A stretch of 64,000 bases of DNA from Candidatus Obscuribacteraceae bacterium (GTDB lineage Bacteria; Cyanobacteriota; Vampirovibrionia; Obscuribacterales; Obscuribacteraceae): NCBI GenBank assembly GCA_044229845.1, contig JBGASG010000003.1, positions 320,001-384,000 of the forward strand, in the 5' to 3' direction. Shown piece after piece: positions 27,601-36,917 of this stretch (the stretch's first letter is position 1; every line of letters begins with the position of its first letter). The translations under genes were made by a program, and so were the position numbers. Under the pieces are notes generated by a model that did not search any database, was not told the DNA's origin, and saw nothing but the letters and a program-made list of their open reading frames with translations.

Positions 27601-28598
27601 TGTGCCAGCGCCGGACGCAGCCCCTTGGTCATCACATCGCCGATACCGCGCAGGTGGCGGTTTTCCAAGCTGTCGATATTATCTGTTTGTCCAGAGCCGA
27701 GCGGCAAAAGCAGAATGTATTCGATAGCAGCAAGAATATCTTCAGCGGTCAGTTGCGAAGAGCGCTCTTCCAGACGCAGCTTATCGTTGAAGCGGCGACG
27801 ACCGAGCGAACCGAGTGAATAACGACGTTTGTCGGTGAGTTCTTTCAGGGCAGCATGACCGGATTGCGAACCGCCGCCACCATCTGGTTTCCACGCGCGA
27901 CCGACGACGGAAAGCGCTTCTTGCTGAGTGACTTGTTTCCACTCGATGCGATTCTTTTCCAGAAGCGGAGCGAGACGTTTTTGAATGGTGGACAGTTCGA
28001 CGCCCATGGCGGTCAACACTGTGGTGGCAGCCACCCAACCACGTTTGGGCAATTTGATACGGCATTTGGCGCGGCTGGTTTTGCCACTGCCGGTTTCCAG
28101 ATCCAGTTCGACGGAGACCGGAGCGCCGAGTTCAGCCAGGATAAGAGCTTTGTAGAGCATCGGGTTGTTCATTTGGAAATAGACGCCTGGTGCACGCACC
28201 AGTTGTCCGAGGACGACGCGCTCGGAACCGTTGATGACGAAGGTTCCACGATCGGTGATCACCGGCAGGTCGCCCATGTAAGCAGTCGACTTGCGCAGTT
28301 CGTTGGTTTGCAGGTCACGCAGCCACACATCCATGAGCAGGCGACGGGCATGCGTCATGTTAGTCTTGCGAGCTTGCTCGGCAGAACTGGGATAACCGGA
28401 ATCAACTGCATAATCTTCGAACTTCCAGTGAGCTTTGCCGTCGGGTCCGACGAACGAAAGTTCAAGGCGCGGATTGAATTCGCTGGCAATCGGAGAGATT
28501 TCAGCGAAGAGGGCGCCCAGGGTTTCTTCCAGAAAACGTCGGTATGAACGTCTCGGGAATTCTGCCAGATCTGGAGGCTGGAAGTAGAAGTTACTCAT
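24687..28598 (-). CDS. rpoB: Divergent DNA-directed RNA polymerase beta-subunit homolog (probable second copy) with an acidic C-terminal extension
   Basis: GTFVINGSERV, PFLEHDDANRALMG, GYNFEDAI, GDKLAGRHGNKG, LNPLGVPSRMNVGQ, GGQRMGEMEVWA, TIKSDD; no rpoC adjacent. Confidence 0.95.
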   Translation of the reverse strand: MSNFYFQPPDLAEFPRRSYRRFLEETLGALFAEISPIASEFNPRLELSFVGPDGKAHWKFEDYAVDSGYPSSAEQARKTNMTHARRLLMDVWLRDLQTNELRKSTAYMGDLPVITDRGTFVINGSERVVLGQLVRAPGVYFQMNNPMLYKALILAELGAPVSVELDLETGSGKTSRAKCRIKLPKRGWVAATTVLTAMGVELSTIQKRLAPLLEKNRIEWKQVTQQEALSVVGRAWKPDGGGGSQSGHAALKELTDKRRYSLGSLGRRRFNDKLRLEERSSQLTAEDILAAIEYILLLPLGSGQTDNIDSLENRHLRGIGDVMTKGLRPALAQMSRSIRTRLELFEEDEIGSANDFVDSRPFVNAMSKFFAGNPLVQYLDQQNPLSELSHRRRITSFGPGGIDPNAAPNEMRDVHPSQIGRVCLVESPEGKNCGMVAYLATYCRIDDDGFMTVPYRVVQNGHVTNEVRYLTPSDDKRFTLAPPDTKVENDMIQGPFVSARCGEQFFEVTPDQVDMIGIAPQGFISVGSALIPFLEHDDANRALMGGGMMRQTLPLIKPERPRVGTGMEKIVARSSGHSVVARRAGTVSLVNGDQIVITQASGESRTYNMIRFDRTNQNTILDQRPIVRQGDRVEAGQIIADGPGIDQGELALGRNLLVAFVPWNGYNFEDAIVVRQGLIRDHKLSHIEIEKHSIGVHQTLRGPEILTPELPNVAGKDLEHLDERGIAMVGSYVNPGDILVAKLSPKEARALSAEEELLQAIFGKVAEEMADSSLRVPHGSGGRVIDVRIFTPETTPELKAGIICEIEVLIARLCPLEVGDKLAGRHGNKGIVSIVVPDQDMPYLPDGTPCDIVLNPLGVPSRMNVGQVFDTQLGLYSSILNRHYRIHQFDESLEKDASFKLVTQALAEVRKLPGYEWVTESGKVQLFDGRTGEAFDSPVLVGRQYMLKLNQLVLHKINARSGLGGPYAAVTQQPVGGKANHGGQRMGEMEVWAIQAYGASHLLHEMMTIKSDDIQGRHQAYADMVQGKEVTAGGRTAAFDGLCCELRGLGLEVTLGKYVEAQEEAAEKDAREAAAKSLEEEYMVSKVAQFEEEGRNIIEIPAGDYEPVVRPTPTAPIITSVTNAKGAVKTKFEMSMEPLIDDIEDEPVSSDLLDAFISEQTTDILTDMPARAEKDVMDPAMLEMSPETLEELAELVQPMGLEPEATVIGAAAQGIPCAEQVEPEVVHAEELQVPATEAPSTAQDVARSLAASLWADESDEMLDFPSISELASLSRQLAQLTQTVTVAPAKKEDGNSDNHNQDS

Positions 28599-30697
28599 TA
28601 CTTAGCCACCTCGACATCGCCATTACCGCTCACCATGGAGCGTTTGTGAATCGCAAGCGCCCGGGCCAGGTCTTCGGCGTAAGCGCGATTTGCTGGTTCG
28701 AGAGCAGACGCGATCCGGAATTCAGAGATTGCATCAGCGATGCGACCGGCGGCCAGCATGTTGACGGCCAGGCGGTGGTGCACTTCGCTGTTTTGAAGGA
28801 ACTTAGCGGCCACGCCTTGCAGGATGCTGATGGCTTGGTCGTAGTTCTTGTCGCCTTCGGCTTGCGCAGCTTTCGAAATCGCTTCGGCGACTTGGCTGTT
28901 TGCTGAGTTTGCTGCGTTCGGCTTCTGGGCGGCTTGCTGTTGAGCAGCCAGAGCTTGTTGTTGGCGAGCTTGCTGCTGTTGGGCGGCGATTGCTTGTTGC
29001 TGGGCAGCCACGGCTTGCTGTTGCATCATTTGCTGTTGCGACATTTGCTGCGGCATGGCGCCGGCAGCCGGCATTGACTCGTTGTGCGTGCGCAGACCAT
29101 ACTGGTTGCCGGCCATTTGCATGCCGTTACCGCCTTCGAACACGTTCTTTTGCGGAACGGGCGGCGGGTAGGCAGCTTGTTGCTGCATCGGTTGCTGCTG
29201 TTGCACTTGCGGTTGTTGCATTTGCTGCTGCTGTTGCTGCTGCATTTGCACCATTTGCTGAGAAACGCTTTGTTGCGGCTGAGCGAGTTGGCTGGCCACT
29301 TGATTGACTTGCGGAATCTGCATACCGCGATTCTTCATGCCCGACTGCATTTCGCGCATGCGAGCAGCGGCTTCGCGGTTGTTTTCGGGATCGATAAGCA
29401 CGCAGGTCAGGTAGGCCTGGTAGGCACCTTGGTAGTCGCCATTGGACTCGAGGGTTTCGCCCATCAGGAATTGATACTTGGCGTTGCGGGGCTCCATCAT
29501 CACAGCCTGAGTGATTTCAGCGAGAGCTTCGCGGCGCAGACCTTGACCAAAGAATGTTTCGGCGGCGGCTTTGTGCTTTTCGGCGGAAGCGTGCTGGAGA
29601 GCTTTTTGCAGGCTGGCACGACCGGAAGGCAGACCAGGATGTTTGGGATCGAGAGCTTCCAGTTTGCGGTATTCATTGTCGGCACCAGCGAAGTCGCCGG
29701 TCAATTGCAGGGCGCCAGCCAGACCGAGGTGGTTTTCGGCGAGCAATGGATTTTGTGCCACTTGCCGGCGCCAAATTTCAACCAGTTGTTGACCAGCGGC
29801 GGCATCGCGCGGATCGCAGATGACTGCTTTGCGCAGCGAAGCACCAGCGCCGGTGTAGTCTTTTTGAGCCAGAGCCAGCATGCCCAGTTGGCGATGGGCT
29901 GGTCCGAAGTTGGGATCTTTGATCAGAGCTTGTCTATACCAGTTGGTGGCGGTGGTCAATTGACCATAACGCAGAGCCATATCGCCGACTTTGACGAAAG
30001 TGCGAGCCGTGGGCTCGATTTGCATGGCGGCCTGGTATTCAATAGATGCGCCTTCGAAGTCGCCGACAGCAGCCAGTTGGTCGCCGGTGGCGATTCTGGT
30101 CTCGGCGTTGTTGGGGTCACGACCCATCTTCTTAAGGGCTTCACCGAGCAAACGACCAGCCAGTCCGTTGTCTGGAGCGGCGGCGAGGGCTTGGCGGAAA
30201 AGGTTGGCCGCGGTGTTGAAGTCGCGGGCGTTCAGTCTTTCTTGACCGTAGGCGCAACGCGCTGCCGAAAGGTTGATTTTGTATTGCTTGTTGCTGGGCT
30301 CGTACTTGCAGGCTTCTTCGTGAGCAGCAATCGACTCGGACCAGCGACCTGCTTTTCCGAGTGACACACCTTTATTGTTTTGTTCGAGGGCGTACTGGAC
30401 GCGACGCTTGAAGTTGTCGCCGACGGCTTGTTGTTCTTTGGCTGCCTTTTCTTCAGCCGCTTTCTTAGCTTCTTCAGCAGCTTTCTTCTTTTCGGCTTCG
30501 ACAACACGGTAGTCGGGACGGCGCTGGAATCCGCTCACTACCGGAGCGCTGGTCTGACCTTCTTCGAAATTCTTCAGGTCGCGCTCGCGGGGCAGCGGCT
30601 GGGCGTTCATCTTGGTGGCATGCGCCGGGATGAACATCGTGCCCGAGAGCGTGGTGGCGAGAAGGAGAGTTGCTGCGATGGGTCGAACTTTGTGCAT
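28598..30697 (-). CDS. Exported multi-TPR protein with a Gln-rich low-complexity region
   Basis: Signal peptide MHKVRPIAATLLLATT...PAHA; many TPR motifs; poly-Q/QA tract; stop overlaps the rpoB ATG (TAATG). Confidence 0.85.
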   Translation of the reverse strand: MHKVRPIAATLLLATTLSGTMFIPAHATKMNAQPLPRERDLKNFEEGQTSAPVVSGFQRRPDYRVVEAEKKKAAEEAKKAAEEKAAKEQQAVGDNFKRRVQYALEQNNKGVSLGKAGRWSESIAAHEEACKYEPSNKQYKINLSAARCAYGQERLNARDFNTAANLFRQALAAAPDNGLAGRLLGEALKKMGRDPNNAETRIATGDQLAAVGDFEGASIEYQAAMQIEPTARTFVKVGDMALRYGQLTTATNWYRQALIKDPNFGPAHRQLGMLALAQKDYTGAGASLRKAVICDPRDAAAGQQLVEIWRRQVAQNPLLAENHLGLAGALQLTGDFAGADNEYRKLEALDPKHPGLPSGRASLQKALQHASAEKHKAAAETFFGQGLRREALAEITQAVMMEPRNAKYQFLMGETLESNGDYQGAYQAYLTCVLIDPENNREAAARMREMQSGMKNRGMQIPQVNQVASQLAQPQQSVSQQMVQMQQQQQQQMQQPQVQQQQPMQQQAAYPPPVPQKNVFEGGNGMQMAGNQYGLRTHNESMPAAGAMPQQMSQQQMMQQQAVAAQQQAIAAQQQQARQQQALAAQQQAAQKPNAANSANSQVAEAISKAAQAEGDKNYDQAISILQGVAAKFLQNSEVHHRLAVNMLAAGRIADAISEFRIASALEPANRAYAEDLARALAIHKRSMVSGNGDVEVAK

Positions 30698-30889
30698 CGT
30701 GGTGGAAGAACCGTGCCGGTGGCGAACTGTGAGCACAGCTTAACGATGCGGGGGGTATGCGGTCTATTGGGGTTTGTCCCACGGCATTCGTAAATCTCCC
30801 ATGCCGGATAAAATCGCGCCCCATGGGCGTTCACCCGCCGTTTTGAGTTGCGTAAAAACCGCAAGATTTCGCGTGTCGGGATGACAGAC

Positions 30890-32695
30890 TTAGCGCAAGG
30901 TCTGCAAAACGGTCGGGCGAGCCAGAACAGTGTCAGATCCAAATGGCTGTTGTTTGTTTCGTACGTCGACTGTAGGCAGAGGCGGGACCAGGTGGTTATT
31001 TTCTTCATCGCAAGCGAACCCGGCCATGTGTTGAGCATCGAACACAGGTTCTGCATATCGGGGCTCGCTTGTTTCCTCCCCTACCAGAACCGGGTGGGAC
31101 ATGGTCTTGGTCATAGCGTATTCGATATCTGCCATGGACATCGCGGGTGCAGGTGGACAGGTTCCTGGGTCCGGCACGTTTGCTTCTCTAGTTTTAAGAG
31201 CTGATGGAGTAGTGATAGCCGGTAAATTAGAAACAGGGTCAGCCTGTCTTTCAGGGAAAGCGTCTTGCTCATAGTTCTGGTTAGGACTCCACCCCACCAG
31301 TGCCGGCACGATCGACGCGCTGGCGTCGGCGGGCAGACCCTTCCCATGTTCAGGCATAAAACCGTGAATAGGCTGGCGGTCGTGAGCAATGAGCTGGTAG
31401 GGGTCGGCCATCGCCGAGGGCTTGCCGGACGGCGCCGGGGTGACAGGCTGGGGCGGCGTCGGGGTGTTTTCCTGCTCTTCGATTTGCTGGCGCAGCTGTT
31501 CCAGGGTACTGGTCAACGCCTGCTTCGCCGCAGACACGCGCATACCAAAATACATGCGGAAGTCCATGCCGCTGAGACCGGGAGTGCGACCCGCCTTCAT
31601 GTTCCAGATGGGCTCAGCGCGAGCAAAGACTTGGAAGCCGGGAATTTGTCTGAACAGTCTGCGAGCAATCTCGAAATCAGAGATCATAGTGTAATTATTC
31701 TTGGGGATGGTGGCATGTTCGCGAAATGGTTCGCGGAAGTTCTGCACGAAGGTGGAGGTGGCCGAGAACGTCCATCCACCACGTTGATGCACCATACCCC
31801 AAGTGTAAAAGGGGTCTATTTCCCGGTTTGGAGATTTGAAATAGCCGGTGCCGCGCAACTGCAAGAGACAATTGGCAAACACCACCGTATTTGGTGGCGT
31901 AGTCAGAACGCGAGTAGCGGTGATGCCGGGCAAAAAGTCGAACAATGGCAGCTGATTGGTCTGCCAGAGATCGCGGAACTGCATTTCGACTTGAACGTTC
32001 GAACGGCTGCCGATCGGGAAGTCGTGCTGCACAGCCGTCGTCACTGAGTTGATATTGGTGTTGAGCTTGATGTTGTGGGCCAGCGAATCTCGCAGGAAGA
32101 AATAGTTGACGTAAGCCCGAGTACGCGGCGTGAAAGTCCATCCCGCAGTAACGTTGGGCAAGATACGGAAGACCGTATCTTCGCGGCTGGCGAGAGCCAA
32201 AATGCTCGACACTTGATTTTTCTGGAATGCCGAAAGGCGGAAAAAGTCATTGCCCTGCGGCAAGGTGGTGATCAAGTTGCGCTTGGTAGGAAACTGGAAA
32301 ACGTTGGTTTCGACACGCACCGATGTTTCGGCGGTGCCGGTCAGATAGAGCCGGGAAGGCAGAGCTTGCAACAATCGCAACTGGAGATTTTCTCCGACCG
32401 TCATACGATTGCCGAGCGACTGAGCCGGCAAAGTATCGGTCGGCAAGATGGTCGTGCCAGTGGGCGCCTGCACGTTGGGCAGGTCGACACGGGGAGCGGG
32501 AGTTGTAGTTGTAGGAGGGGCGATCTGCGCCACCGCCGGCGAAGCCACAAAACCGGCCAGCAAAATGCCGATAGTGCTTGCGCGCTTCACCACGTCATCT
32601 GTCAGCCGAGGGGCTATTTTTCTCGCCGATGCCACCGGGTTACCCATTAGTAAGCGATCGCTCCCAGCAGCCCTCGCTAGTGCTCTTTGGAACAC
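30890..32695 (-). CDS. Putative outer-membrane beta-barrel protein with a Pro-rich C-terminal extension; true start probably 32593-32647
   Basis: Signal-like ILLAGFVASPAVA; alternating amphipathic strands with aromatic residues (PNVTAGWTF, AYVNYFF, PFYTWGMV, FRMYFGMRV). Confidence 0.55.
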   Translation of the reverse strand: MFQRALARAAGSDRLLMGNPVASARKIAPRLTDDVVKRASTIGILLAGFVASPAVAQIAPPTTTTPAPRVDLPNVQAPTGTTILPTDTLPAQSLGNRMTVGENLQLRLLQALPSRLYLTGTAETSVRVETNVFQFPTKRNLITTLPQGNDFFRLSAFQKNQVSSILALASREDTVFRILPNVTAGWTFTPRTRAYVNYFFLRDSLAHNIKLNTNINSVTTAVQHDFPIGSRSNVQVEMQFRDLWQTNQLPLFDFLPGITATRVLTTPPNTVVFANCLLQLRGTGYFKSPNREIDPFYTWGMVHQRGGWTFSATSTFVQNFREPFREHATIPKNNYTMISDFEIARRLFRQIPGFQVFARAEPIWNMKAGRTPGLSGMDFRMYFGMRVSAAKQALTSTLEQLRQQIEEQENTPTPPQPVTPAPSGKPSAMADPYQLIAHDRQPIHGFMPEHGKGLPADASASIVPALVGWSPNQNYEQDAFPERQADPVSNLPAITTPSALKTREANVPDPGTCPPAPAMSMADIEYAMTKTMSHPVLVGEETSEPRYAEPVFDAQHMAGFACDEENNHLVPPLPTVDVRNKQQPFGSDTVLARPTVLQTLR

Positions 32696-33256
32696 AGCCG
32701 TGAACTACACTGGGAGCAATCCTACATGTCGTCCTGTGTAGAAGCAAGACGTTATCATTGACCTCCTCACTTTCTTGAGAGGAAAGTGATCCCGACTCGG
32801 AGTCCGACATGAACGCCGACACGGTGGGTTCCTGCTTCATCGAGGTTGCCAGAATTTCTGGTCTTAAGTCCTCTCCACAGGCTCATCGGGCGAGCCCCGC
32901 CCTGCAGTCCCTGCGTGGTTCAGCAGGGACCATACATACGTATCTCATAGTTGAGTTTCCGTTTGCAACTCCAGTTTCTAACTGCCGACTCCGCCGGCGG
33001 TGCTCTCTCCTCCATCGCGCCCCTGAACTCAATGGTCAAGATGTAGCTGAGAGAATCCGATGACTGATATCGTTCGAATAGCCATCTGTGTTTGAGAAAG
33101 CGGCGAATCAGGTATGTACTTGACGGGGTTTCCAGATTCCCGTAACGTAGCGGGCAAGACATTTTCAGGAATTCCGCCGTCGGCCGCAGCGGCGTTGTTA
33201 CAATAGAGCGGTGACTACCAAAGACGAAGTTCGTCTAAATCTTATCCGGAGCAACT

Positions 33257-34108
33257 TTGGAAACTATTCCGACCGGCAGTCAGCCTCGACCGACGGTATT
33301 CCGTCCGAAAACAGTCATCTGCGAAAGACATGAACTGATTCGCTTTGGCTTGAAGCGGGTGGTATCGGAGGTGCTCGAGATTGTCGGCGAAGCTTCCGAC
33401 GGCATGGCTGCCACCGAGGTGATTCGCCGGTTGCAACCGCATTTCGTCATACTCGACGTCGACCTGGATATTCTCAACGGCGTTGAAGTAGCGCGCCGGG
33501 TGTCGCAAGAATTTCCCAACAGCAACATCCTCTGCCTGACTGATTCTTATCACGCCACCAAATATCACAACCAGCTCATCCGCTCTGGTGTGCGCGGCTT
33601 CTGCCTGAAGAGTTCAGGACCGCGCACGCTGTTCGAAGCCATCGAACAGGTAACTCGCGGATTGCCTTATTGCGACCCGAAGATCACACAGTTGGTCAAG
33701 CAAACGCCATCGAATGCGATGCCCAACACCAACCTCACGGATCGCGAAATCGAAGTCTTGATTCGTCTGGATTTGCGCAACAAAGAAATCGCCGAAGAAC
33801 TGGACATGAAGCTGCGCACGGTGGAGAAACATATCGAGTGCATCCTGGCAAAACTGAAGGTTCCCACTCGCACGGCGGCTGCACTTAAAGCTGTGCAGTT
33901 GGGTTATGTGCTCTTGCCGAAGATGCCCGGCCGCGACCCGGTGACCGGCGTCACTTACGAGCAGACTGTCGCCGAACTGCAGGCCGAACTGGCCATCGCC
34001 AACGAGCACTTGAAGGCACTTTTGAAGCAAAACGAACTCCTGAAAGACGCGTTGCACGATCGGATGCGGCAGCAGCAGAACAAACCGCCGGACAATCCGT
34101 CGACATAG
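33257..34108 (+). CDS. NarL/LuxR-family response regulator
   Basis: REC domain (IVGEASDG, VILDVDL) plus LTDREIEVL...NKEIAEEL....RTVEKH HTH; GGAG RBS and TTG start. Confidence 0.92.
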   Translation: METIPTGSQPRPTVFRPKTVICERHELIRFGLKRVVSEVLEIVGEASDGMAATEVIRRLQPHFVILDVDLDILNGVEVARRVSQEFPNSNILCLTDSYHATKYHNQLIRSGVRGFCLKSSGPRTLFEAIEQVTRGLPYCDPKITQLVKQTPSNAMPNTNLTDREIEVLIRLDLRNKEIAEELDMKLRTVEKHIECILAKLKVPTRTAAALKAVQLGYVLLPKMPGRDPVTGVTYEQTVAELQAELAIANEHLKALLKQNELLKDALHDRMRQQQNKPPDNPST

Positions 34109-34226
34109 CCTCAAGGCAGACACGCGAAAAACATCAGTCCTTCGCATGCGTGCGCCCGTGCGGCTCGACTGGCGTCTCGAATAGAAGTGCTATGCTTTAG
34201 GTGGTTAAGCCTGTAAGGTTTTTGCG

Positions 34227-35237
34227 GTGAAGATCGCGCATATCGCGGCGGTACTGATTTCTGTCTCTTTTGCCACGTGTCCCAAGCTGGCCATCGGCAA
34301 AGAGATGTCTTCCAACGGGCATTTTCAGATCGCCGGCAAAACCAGTCGCACCATTCAGAAATACACCGGACTGACTTGGGTCGGAAACCATCTGGTTAGC
34401 GCCGGAGCCGGTCTGGCACTGAAGTCCAGGCTCGGCGGCAAAGTAAAAGTAAAAGCACGCAGCTACAGTTTCACCGACATGCTGCAAGGCAAATTCGAAA
34501 CTGTCGAAGTGCACATGAAAAACTCCAAAGTCAAAGGAATTCCGATGGGTACGGTGATCGCCCGCACAGACCAGCCTGTCAAGGTTCGGTACTTCAAAAA
34601 GAATGGTCAGCGGGCCGGGGTTGAGACACCAGTTCTGGTATCACTGTCCGGGTCAATAAATGAAGAGCAAGTGACGCGCGCTCTCAACTCGAAAGAGATA
34701 TCGCAAGTCCTGAGAATTCTCAAACTGGACCTACCTGGACTTGGCGAACAGCAGCTCCAGATCTTAGATCCGGAGGTTTTGCTCGAAAAAGATCAGATTA
34801 CTTTAAAAACGGTGATGATCACAAAAGGGGCCGCGAAAGAAACCGGCGTGCCACTCACCATAGTGGCGCATCCGGTGCTGGAAGGGGATCGCCTGATTGT
34901 CCTTAAAGAGACGAAAATCGACTCCAAGATCATCGAAAAGCCAGAGCTGTTCGCCCAGTTCGCTGAGGAACTGCTCAACCCGCTCTTCGATTTCGGCCGA
35001 TTAGACAGGCAAAGCCATGCTTTGCGAGTGCAGAAATTGAATTTGTCCGACAAAGAAGTCTCATTTGATGGTAAATTGTTGCTGGCACCGAAGCCCAAAG
35101 CAGCGGCGCCGTCCCAGGCGGAAGCCAAAACAGGAAACGCCCAGGCAGGAAACAGCAATCCGCTACCACCGGCAAACAAAGCAGAAGAGACTAAACCTGT
35201 CGACGGCGGCAAGCACGTTTCCGAAAACAAAAACTAG
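34227..35237 (+). CDS. LmeA/DUF2993-family phospholipid-binding protein
   Basis: Signal peptide; DMLQGK...V.V....; INEEQVTRALNS; LLNPLFDF..LD pattern. Confidence 0.6.
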   Translation: MKIAHIAAVLISVSFATCPKLAIGKEMSSNGHFQIAGKTSRTIQKYTGLTWVGNHLVSAGAGLALKSRLGGKVKVKARSYSFTDMLQGKFETVEVHMKNSKVKGIPMGTVIARTDQPVKVRYFKKNGQRAGVETPVLVSLSGSINEEQVTRALNSKEISQVLRILKLDLPGLGEQQLQILDPEVLLEKDQITLKTVMITKGAAKETGVPLTIVAHPVLEGDRLIVLKETKIDSKIIEKPELFAQFAEELLNPLFDFGRLDRQSHALRVQKLNLSDKEVSFDGKLLLAPKPKAAAPSQAEAKTGNAQAGNSNPLPPANKAEETKPVDGGKHVSENKN

Positions 35238-35251
35238 AAAGTCTGGTTTCT

Positions 35252-35776
35252 ATGCAAAAATCGATGAGTCTGGCTCTGGCAGGGATTCTCTGTGCTTTCC
35301 TGCCTCTCTGCGGCTGTACCCAGCGAACGATTCTCACAGGTAACTCCAGCACCGCAGACAGTATCGCTCCAGAAAAGAACCAGGTGATCGTATGGTTTGT
35401 GCGTACAACCGAGGGCGGTACCAGGTTTGTGGCGGTCAAACGCCCCCAGCGCGGCAACGACAGGCTGGCTTCCGCCCTGCAGGAACTGCTTTCCGGTCCC
35501 AGCGACAAAGAATCCCTGCAAGGGCTGGGCAGTGAAATTCCACGCGGCACCATTTTGCTGGGCGTCAAACATAAGAAAGGCAATCTCGAGGTTGATCTTT
35601 CGCGCCGCTTCGCATCAGGTGGTGGCAGCGATACGATTGAGGCAAGGCTTTCGCAGTTGCAGCGGACCGTAGAATCGAATGACGAAAAAGGCGACGTTTA
35701 TCTGAATGTCGAAGGACAGCGACTGACGATGACGATGGGCGAGGGAATTGAAGTGCCGCAACCGATAAATCGCTGA
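35252..35776 (+). CDS. GerMN-domain lipoprotein
   Basis: Lipobox-like [13 protein letters not shown]....GL.SEIP.GT.LL.V......VDLS..F.SGGGS....RL.QL..T...V.L.VEG. Confidence 0.85.
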   Translation: MQKSMSLALAGILCAFLPLCGCTQRTILTGNSSTADSIAPEKNQVIVWFVRTTEGGTRFVAVKRPQRGNDRLASALQELLSGPSDKESLQGLGSEIPRGTILLGVKHKKGNLEVDLSRRFASGGGSDTIEARLSQLQRTVESNDEKGDVYLNVEGQRLTMTMGEGIEVPQPINR

Positions 35777-35939
35777 ATTTCGCGTGTTCGCGACCGATCA
35801 TCTCGTCCCAGCCCTGAATTGGCAGTTCTTAATAGATCCGGAAGGGGACGCTCCCCATCTGGTAAGATGTCGTTTTGGTCGCGTTTTTAAGCGACCGACG
35901 TACTCGGAAATCAAAGACAGTCATCAAAGAAGGATTGCC

Positions 35940-36164
35940 ATGAAAGAAGGCATTCACCCCAAGTATCAAGAAGTCATCGCCACTTGCGTCTGCGGAAACA
36001 AAGTAGAGCTCGGCTCGACCAAACCGCAAATCAAGGTGGAAATTTGCTCGAACTGCCACCCGTATTACACCGGTCAACAGAAGATTGTTGACACCGAAGG
36101 TCGGGTTGACCGCTTTGTCAAGCGCTACAGCAAGAAGAAAGACGAAGCCGCTGCTAAGAGCTAG
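35940..36164 (+). CDS. rpmE: 50S ribosomal protein L31 (Zn-binding type)
   Basis: MKEGIHPKY...CVCG...[24 protein letters not shown]. Confidence 0.97.
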   Translation: MKEGIHPKYQEVIATCVCGNKVELGSTKPQIKVEICSNCHPYYTGQQKIVDTEGRVDRFVKRYSKKKDEAAAKS

Positions 36165-36172
36165 GTGCCACT

Positions 36173-36910
36173 TTGCAATCTGCCAGAGAGAAACTAATCC
36201 TGGCGGTCGATACTTCATCATTGGAAGAAGCTCGTGCGATCGTCGACGAGCTTCATGATTCTGTAGGTATTTTTAAGGTCGGACTGCAGCTGCTGTCCAA
36301 TCACGGACCGAAGATTATCGAAGAACTGGTGTCCGGCGGACTGAAAGTCTTCTGCGACGGCAAGTTTCACGACATCCCCAACACCGTCGAGCAGGCAGCC
36401 GAAGGCATCGCCGGTCACGGCGCTTTCATGTTTACGGTCATGACCTGCGGCGGGAAAAAGATGCTGGAAGGCGCGGTCAAAGGCGCGACACGCGGCTCCG
36501 CGCGCGGCGGACACGCAGCGCCGATTGTGCTAGGAGTAACTGTTCTTACCAGCCTCAGCCAGAAAGTCGTTAATGAGGAGCTGAAAGTAGACCTGCCGGT
36601 CGACGAGTACGTGCTCCATCTGGCTGAACTGGCGCGCGATTCGGGGGTCACAGGCATCGTGGCGTCCGCAGAAGAAGTGGCTCGCTTGCGCCACGCATTG
36701 GGCAAGGAGATGGTGCTGGTGACACCGGGCGTCCGACCGTCGTGGGCGGGAGCAGACGACCAGGCACGCATTGTGACCCCGGCTGATGCCATGAAACGTG
36801 GTGCCGACTACATTGTAGTCGGGCGCCCAATCACGGCTTCGGACAATCGCAAAGCAGCCGCCCAGCGCATTGTGGACGAGATGGAATCAGCCCTGGCGCA
36901 TACGGGTTGA
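36173..36910 (+). CDS. pyrF: Orotidine-5'-phosphate decarboxylase
   Basis: LILAVD, FKVG, DGKFHDIPNTV, GVTVLTS, VTPGVR, DDQAR, VVGRPI. Confidence 0.95.
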   Translation: MQSAREKLILAVDTSSLEEARAIVDELHDSVGIFKVGLQLLSNHGPKIIEELVSGGLKVFCDGKFHDIPNTVEQAAEGIAGHGAFMFTVMTCGGKKMLEGAVKGATRGSARGGHAAPIVLGVTVLTSLSQKVVNEELKVDLPVDEYVLHLAELARDSGVTGIVASAEEVARLRHALGKEMVLVTPGVRPSWAGADDQARIVTPADAMKRGADYIVVGRPITASDNRKAAAQRIVDEMESALAHTG

Positions 36911-36917
36911 ACCGGAG

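Noticed and set aside
24687..28598. Phage-encoded or pseudogenised RNA polymerase
   Set aside because: The ORF is intact, colinear with bacterial beta, shows host-like composition and has no phage genes nearby.
23336..30364. Long plus-strand ORFs (444, 426, 294 and 426 aa)
   Set aside because: Antisense shadows of strongly codon-biased minus-strand genes.
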